From the NCBI GenBank assembly GCA_964364285.1, contig CAYIKZ010000003.1, forward strand, positions 2,491 to 66,490: DNA of 64,000 bases, in the 5' to 3' direction. Below the pieces are notes generated by a model. It was given only the letters and a program-made list of their open reading frames with translations. It ran no database searches and had not been told where the DNA came from. Shown piece after piece: positions 59,307 to 64,000 of the stretch (the first letter of the stretch is position 1; every line of letters starts with the position of its first letter). The translations under genes were made by a program, and so were the position numbers. This stretch comes from an uncultured Candidatus Saccharibacteria bacterium (GTDB lineage Bacteria > Patescibacteriota > Doudnabacteria > UBA920 > VMFF01).

Positions 59307-60338
59307 TTAAAATTGTTTTAAAAATCTCAAATCATTCTCAGCAAACAAACGAATATCTGGAATGCCATATTTCATCATCGCAAGACGGCTTAAACCAAAA
59401 CCAAAAGCAAATCCTTGATACTCGCCTTGCTTGTATCCAGCATATTCAAAGACTTTCTGGTGAATCATTCCACAACCAAGTATTTCAACCCAGCCGGTTT
59501 GTTTACAGACAGAACAACCTTTTCCTTTACAGATCAAACAAGATATTGCCATTTCAGCACCTGGTTCAACGAAAGGAAAATATGAAGGGAGGAGTTTGGT
59601 TGTAACATCTTGTCCGAATATTTCTTTCATAACGTAATCAAGGGTCCAAGCCATATTTGCATATGTAATGTCTTTGCCAACTACAAAACCTTCCATGTAT
59701 TGATACGTATGTTCATGTGATGAATCAAGCGCTTCGTTTCTAAAAACCCTACCTGGTAAAACAACAGCATACGGCGGTTTATGCTCTTTCATATATCTAA
59801 CCTGCATATTGGAAATATGGGTCCTGAGTAAAACACTCTTTCCTGGTTGATTCTTTGGAAGACTCATATCAAGATAAAAAGTATCTTGCATGTCTCTTGC
59901 AGGGTGAAACTCAGGAATATTTAAAGCTTCAAAGTTGTAAAAATCAGAATCAATTTCCGGTCCCAACTCAATATCAAAACCAAGACCCCAGAAAATTTTC
60001 TCAATTTCTTTTTGAATCAAAGTAATTGGATGCAAGTGTCCGTTTAAAGCATTTTCTCCTTGAACTGAAAAATCAATAGAAGAGTTTTGAGAAACGCCAA
60101 ATTCTTTTTCTTTTTCAGAAACAGATGCTTCTGCAAACTTTTTAAGTTCATTTAAAGGTGCTCCAAATTCTTTTTTCTTTTGAAGATCCCAATTCTTTAA
60201 ATCATCAAAAAGTTTGGTAATAATCCCTTCTTTTCTACCAAGGTATTTAACCTTAGCTTTTAAAAGAGATTCAGCATCTGAAACAGTGCTTAAATCTTTT
60301 GATATTTCTTTTTGTATATTTTCAAATTGCTGTAACAT
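59307..60338 (-). CDS. pheS: Phenylalanine--tRNA ligase alpha subunit
   Basis: Class II aaRS motifs (FRNEALD..., GFAFGFGLSRLAM). Located upstream of pheT. Confidence 0.9.
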   Translation of the reverse strand: MLQQFENIQKEISKDLSTVSDAESLLKAKVKYLGRKEGIITKLFDDLKNWDLQKKKEFGAPLNELKKFAEASVSEKEKEFGVSQNSSIDFSVQGENALNGHLHPITLIQKEIEKIFWGLGFDIELGPEIDSDFYNFEALNIPEFHPARDMQDTFYLDMSLPKNQPGKSVLLRTHISNMQVRYMKEHKPPYAVVLPGRVFRNEALDSSHEHTYQYMEGFVVGKDITYANMAWTLDYVMKEIFGQDVTTKLLPSYFPFVEPGAEMAISCLICKGKGCSVCKQTGWVEILGCGMIHQKVFEYAGYKQGEYQGFAFGFGLSRLAMMKYGIPDIRLFAENDLRFLKQF

Positions 60339-60344
60339 TTGTTT

Positions 60345-60716
60345 CTAATTAGAAAGGAAGAATCCTTCAATAAAGACGAGGGTGATGATTAAAACTAAGC
60401 CTAACCACCAAAACAATAACTGATGTGAAGAAAGAACAAGGAATACAATAATCAAAAGAGTTAACAGAAAAGCTTGTCTTAAAGAAACATTCATTATCTC
60501 CGTATACAAGCGTTCTGGCTTTCTGCCTCTATATGAGTACAAAGCAAAGGTGAAAAAACTCATTAAGAAAGCCGAAAGAGAAACATAGAACAAGAATAGC
60601 AACGCCTTGTTAATAGTGTTAGGATCTGTAAGAAAAACTATGCACAAAGTGCCAATTAAAAAAATTGCACTTAAAATCAACAAGGATTGAGATTGTTTTT
60701 TTGTGTTTTCGAACAT
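60345..60716 (-). CDS. Small membrane protein (3-4 TM helices)
   Basis: Highly hydrophobic 123-aa ORF. No family recognised. Confidence 0.4.
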   Translation of the reverse strand: MFENTKKQSQSLLILSAIFLIGTLCIVFLTDPNTINKALLFLFYVSLSAFLMSFFTFALYSYRGRKPERLYTEIMNVSLRQAFLLTLLIIVFLVLSSHQLLFWWLGLVLIITLVFIEGFFLSN

Positions 60717-60749
60717 TTAACCTTCCCAAATTATACCATAATTCCCCTG

Positions 60750-63659
60750 TTATTCTAAATCCGCAAAGTCACAGCGGTGTTCCCTAACCTTTTCGTGCAG
60801 CTGTTTAAATGAATCCGCCTTTATGGCACTATGTATTTCGTCTATTGTTCCTAAGAGATATTCTTTCATGTGTTCTAGTTCTTCCTTAGAAGCAATAATG
60901 TCTTCAGAAAGCTCGTTGTCCTTTAAAAACCAATAGTTTAACTTTGAAACCCCATGTTTAAAGTACTCTTCAGCAGCCCATTGATATATGTAGAGCTGGT
61001 ATCTGTTTTCTTTGTCGTCTTTAAACTTTTCTCCGGTTTTGTAATCAATGATCTGCAGTTTACCATCTGGCAACAAATCAGCGCGGTCTATTTTCCCTGT
61101 AAACGTGTATTCACCAAGCTTTAAGACAAACCTTTCTTCAATGTATTTAGGAACAAACTTTAGTTTTTCAAAAGAATCGTAAAAACTACGAAGCATTCTA
61201 CGTCCTCGTTCTCTGTATTCTTCTTTGTCTTTCTTAGTTGGATACCACTCATCAATCCAGTATGATTCATACATTTTCTGTAAGGCTTCAAATGCAGGAA
61301 GTTTGCTCTTTTCTTTTTCAGAACCAAACAAATCAAGCTGCTTTTCTTCTAAGTTTGCTTTGTACTGCTTTAAAAATCTTTCAAAGGTTGTATGAATGGT
61401 GTTACCAAAGGAAAGATGTTTGCTGCCTTTAGTTGGAAGATGCAACAAATATTTGTACTTGTAACCCAAAGGGCACTTCTTAAATTCATTTATTGCTGTG
61501 TAGTTAAAAGAAGTTGGTAATTCAAAGCTTAATTTCTTTGGAAGTTTCTTTTCTTCAAACTTTGTCCGTTTTAATATCTCAACACTTTTTTCAGGCTTTG
61601 CAACAAGACCAATATCAATTAAAAACTGGGATGGTTTTCTTGCTCTTTGTCCACCATAATCAGAAGCATAACTAAAATACAAATTTTGTTTTGCGCGAGT
61701 CATCGCAACATAGAACAAACGTCGTTCTTCTTGTAAATGTATATCCCCTTCCGGCAATATTTCCTTAACCAACTCTTTTGGAATTTCAATTGCTTCTTTT
61801 CGATCTCTGCTTGGAAAACGCTGATCAACCATGTTAACCACAAAAACATTTTTAAACTCCAAGCCCTTTGCTGAGTGTATGGTCATAATCTTGATGCTTT
61901 CAGGGCCTTGGTTTGGATCAAAATCAAGCTTTCCTTCATCACCAGCCTCTTGTTCAAACTCAATGAAAGCAAGGAAATTCCTCACTGTTTTGTCAGTGTT
62001 TTCAACTTCAAATGCTTCAATCTTCTTGTAGAATTGGTTTATGAAATCAGCTTCTCCTGGTTCTCCCTCCCCTTTTTCAATACGTTCATCAAGCTTTAAT
62101 CCATAGATGCCGTTTACAAAAACCTCAGCTATACTTTTTGTTTTAGTTTCGTCTGCTTGTTTTTTAAGGAAAGCAATTAACTGGTTAATCTTTGTTATGC
62201 TGTCATTTTTAAGAGTTGGCAAGAGTGCCACCTGTTCTAAGCTCTCATACAAAGAAAGAGTTTTCTTTTGAGCGTGTTGCAATATCTCAACCATATCACG
62301 ATGATCAAATCTAAACTGCTCCATGTTCATAACCCTAAACAAAGCGTTTGTGTCATGAAAATTAACAAGTAACCTCAAATATGCGATTAGATCAACAATG
62401 ATTGGTTTCTTGTAGAGCCCTTTGTTAGCAACAAAAGTATACGCGAAATTAAGAGATGCAAACTTTGCTATGAATGGCTCTGCCGTGTCATTTGAACGAA
62501 CTAAGATCGCAAAGTCATTCCATGTGGTTTCCTTTTGTTTTTTCAACTCTAAGATCTTTTTAACAACCAGATCAACTTCATCAGAAAGAGTTTGTCCTGA
62601 CAAAACAGCAATTTCTCCTTTTTCTTTTTTCGCAGAAACAAGTTTTTTATTAATCTTTAGTTTTGGCTCTAGTCTTTCAGGGTTGTTTAGCTGAATGAAG
62701 TTGTATGCAGTGTCTAATATTTCCTGAGTTGATCTATAATTCTCTGTTAAGGTAATTTCTTGTGCTTTAGGAAAATCTTTTTTAAAGCGCATAATATTAG
62801 AAACAGAGGCGCCTCTAAACTTGTAAATACTTTGATCATCATCACCAACAACCGTTAAATTGTTCTTTGGTTCAGCCAACAGCTTTATTAACTCATACTG
62901 TGCGTAGTTAGTGTCCTGAAACTCATCAACCAAAATATATTTAAATTTGCTTCTGTAAAAGTTTAAGATCTTTGGACGAGTTCTAAAAAGCTTCAGAGCA
63001 TAATTAATTAAATCACCGAAGTCCAAAGAATCATTAGTAAGCAACAATCTTTGATATATATGGTAAGCTCTTGCAACCTCGTTTAAACGAACGATTTCTT
63101 CTTCAGTGTCGTATTCTGGATTGCTTTTGTCTAGTTTAGTGTTTTTAGCAAACTCTAAATACTCTTCAGGAGAGATCTCTTCATCCTTAAGCTTGCTGAA
63201 GTGCTTTAAGAGCGCCTTTATGAACTTTGTTGGGTTTCCCAGTGTTCTATAGTATTCAAGCTCAAATTGGTCCAAATTTTGACGCACAAGCAACCACTGA
63301 CCAACCTCTTCAAGCATTTTAAAGTCATTTGAAATACCAATGTCTAAGGCGTGCTGTTGTAAAACTCTTTGGCAAAATCCGTGAAAGGTGTGAATCCAAA
63401 GATCGTGATATCCATACGGAAGCAATATATCAACTCTTTGTTCCATTTCAGTTGCTGCTTTTTCAGTAAATGTTAAAGCAAGAATTTCTTCTGGTTTAAC
63501 ACCTGATTCAATGAGCTGAGCAATTCTTCTAGTTATGACTGTTGTTTTTCCTGTCCCAGCTCCGGCAATGATGAGCAGTGGACCAACACCATAGCTAACT
63601 GCGCTCTGCTGTGCAGTATTTAAATCTGAAAGGAGTTTTTCTTTTTTTGCTTTAACCAT
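60750..63659 (-). CDS. UvrD/PcrA-family SF1 helicase fused to a C-terminal PD-(D/E)XK (RecB/AddA/Cas4-like) nuclease domain
   Basis: N-terminal LNTAQQSAVS...IIAGAGTGKTTV (Walker A), a DEFQD Walker B and UvrD motifs. The C-terminus has GKIDRAD...QIIDYKTG (PD-(D/E)XK block). Confidence 0.65.
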   Translation of the reverse strand: MVKAKKEKLLSDLNTAQQSAVSYGVGPLLIIAGAGTGKTTVITRRIAQLIESGVKPEEILALTFTEKAATEMEQRVDILLPYGYHDLWIHTFHGFCQRVLQQHALDIGISNDFKMLEEVGQWLLVRQNLDQFELEYYRTLGNPTKFIKALLKHFSKLKDEEISPEEYLEFAKNTKLDKSNPEYDTEEEIVRLNEVARAYHIYQRLLLTNDSLDFGDLINYALKLFRTRPKILNFYRSKFKYILVDEFQDTNYAQYELIKLLAEPKNNLTVVGDDDQSIYKFRGASVSNIMRFKKDFPKAQEITLTENYRSTQEILDTAYNFIQLNNPERLEPKLKINKKLVSAKKEKGEIAVLSGQTLSDEVDLVVKKILELKKQKETTWNDFAILVRSNDTAEPFIAKFASLNFAYTFVANKGLYKKPIIVDLIAYLRLLVNFHDTNALFRVMNMEQFRFDHRDMVEILQHAQKKTLSLYESLEQVALLPTLKNDSITKINQLIAFLKKQADETKTKSIAEVFVNGIYGLKLDERIEKGEGEPGEADFINQFYKKIEAFEVENTDKTVRNFLAFIEFEQEAGDEGKLDFDPNQGPESIKIMTIHSAKGLEFKNVFVVNMVDQRFPSRDRKEAIEIPKELVKEILPEGDIHLQEERRLFYVAMTRAKQNLYFSYASDYGGQRARKPSQFLIDIGLVAKPEKSVEILKRTKFEEKKLPKKLSFELPTSFNYTAINEFKKCPLGYKYKYLLHLPTKGSKHLSFGNTIHTTFERFLKQYKANLEEKQLDLFGSEKEKSKLPAFEALQKMYESYWIDEWYPTKKDKEEYRERGRRMLRSFYDSFEKLKFVPKYIEERFVLKLGEYTFTGKIDRADLLPDGKLQIIDYKTGEKFKDDKENRYQLYIYQWAAEEYFKHGVSKLNYWFLKDNELSEDIIASKEELEHMKEYLLGTIDEIHSAIKADSFKQLHEKVREHRCDFADLE

Positions 63660-64000
63660 TAACGTATTTTCCTTACTATTCCATGATTAGCATCTACCTC
63701 AACGAAATCTCCGTCTTTAAAAACTTTAGTTGAAATCTTTGTCCCTATTATACACGGCTTATTCATTTCTCTGGAAACAATAGAAGCATGTGATGTAATA
63801 CCACCCTCATCTGTAACAAAAGCACCTGCTTTCTGCATTATGGGAACAAAATCCACAGATGTTGCTTTTGTTACGAGGATATCCCCTGGTTTCATTTTTT
63901 TGAAGTCAGCGGTCGAAAGAATAATTTTAACAGTTCCTTGAATCGTACCCCTGCAGGCCGTAAATCCCTTAACTGACAACTGTTTTGAAACATCATCTAT
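63659..64000 (-). CDS. Sixth PEP-utilizing-enzyme mobile (phospho-His swivel) domain protein, 3' part only (N-terminus beyond the window end)
   Basis: PGDILVTKATSVDFVPIMQKAGAFVTDEGGITSHASIVSREMNKPCIIGT...EVDANHGIVRKI. The reading frame stays open to the window edge. Confidence 0.75.
   Translation of the reverse strand: MDDVSKQLSVKGFTACRGTIQGTVKIILSTADFKKMKPGDILVTKATSVDFVPIMQKAGAFVTDEGGITSHASIVSREMNKPCIIGTKISTKVFKDGDFVEVDANHGIVRKIR

Overview
This is an AT-rich (~35-38% GC), gene-dense bacterial window with small genes, operon-style 4-nt start/stop overlaps and TGA used as a stop codon (standard code 11). The gene content (secA 3' end, secDF, mnmA, H+-PPase, def-fmt, gltX, pyrG, prfB, tmk-thyA-folA-dcd, rplK-rplA, nusG-secE, gyrB, pheST, plus many hydrolase and peptidase genes with little biosynthesis) suggests a reduced-genome, CPR/Patescibacteria-like organism; that is inference, not a hit.

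The most striking feature lies downstream of a tRNA-Gln(CUG) at 13541..13615. An ~8 kb co-directional block (13663..21660) encodes:
- a cytoplasmic trypsin-like serine protease;
- a stand-alone PPDK_N ATP/nucleotide-binding domain, the N-terminal module of PEP synthase / rifampin phosphotransferase;
- four tandem, overlapping paralogs, each with a divergent N-terminal domain and a C-terminal phospho-histidine 'swivel' domain (GGxTSHAAIVxREL);
- a histidine-phosphatase (PGM-like) protein with an RHD variant motif;
- a nucleoside 2-deoxyribosyltransferase-like protein;
- a strong terminator closing the block.

I read this as a one-to-many split phosphotransferase system and think it is the best candidate for an undescribed system here. 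A sixth swivel-domain gene is cut by the window end at 63659.

Other notable observations:
- a ~390 bp high-GC island (10628..11020) between convergent mnmA and hppA that carries a foreign-looking 93-aa ORF;
- a GC-rich, highly structured ~255 nt element with its own promoter (37739..37995) between iscS and an RNA methyltransferase, plausibly an ncRNA or leader;
- a second structured intergenic element (30992..31184);
- the canonical +1 programmed frameshift in prfB (CTT TGA C);
- a homopolymer frameshift splitting an ABC permease;
- three adjacent cell-wall hydrolases (M23 plus two LAS/M15-like), one fused to a T4SS-pilin-like N-domain;
- a membrane protein paired with a TraG/VirD4-like ATPase;
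- a dTMP-synthesis and nucleotide-hydrolase supercluster (44576..50305);
- several conserved operons interrupted by inserted membrane-protein genes.

No CRISPR array, rRNA or obvious transposase was seen.
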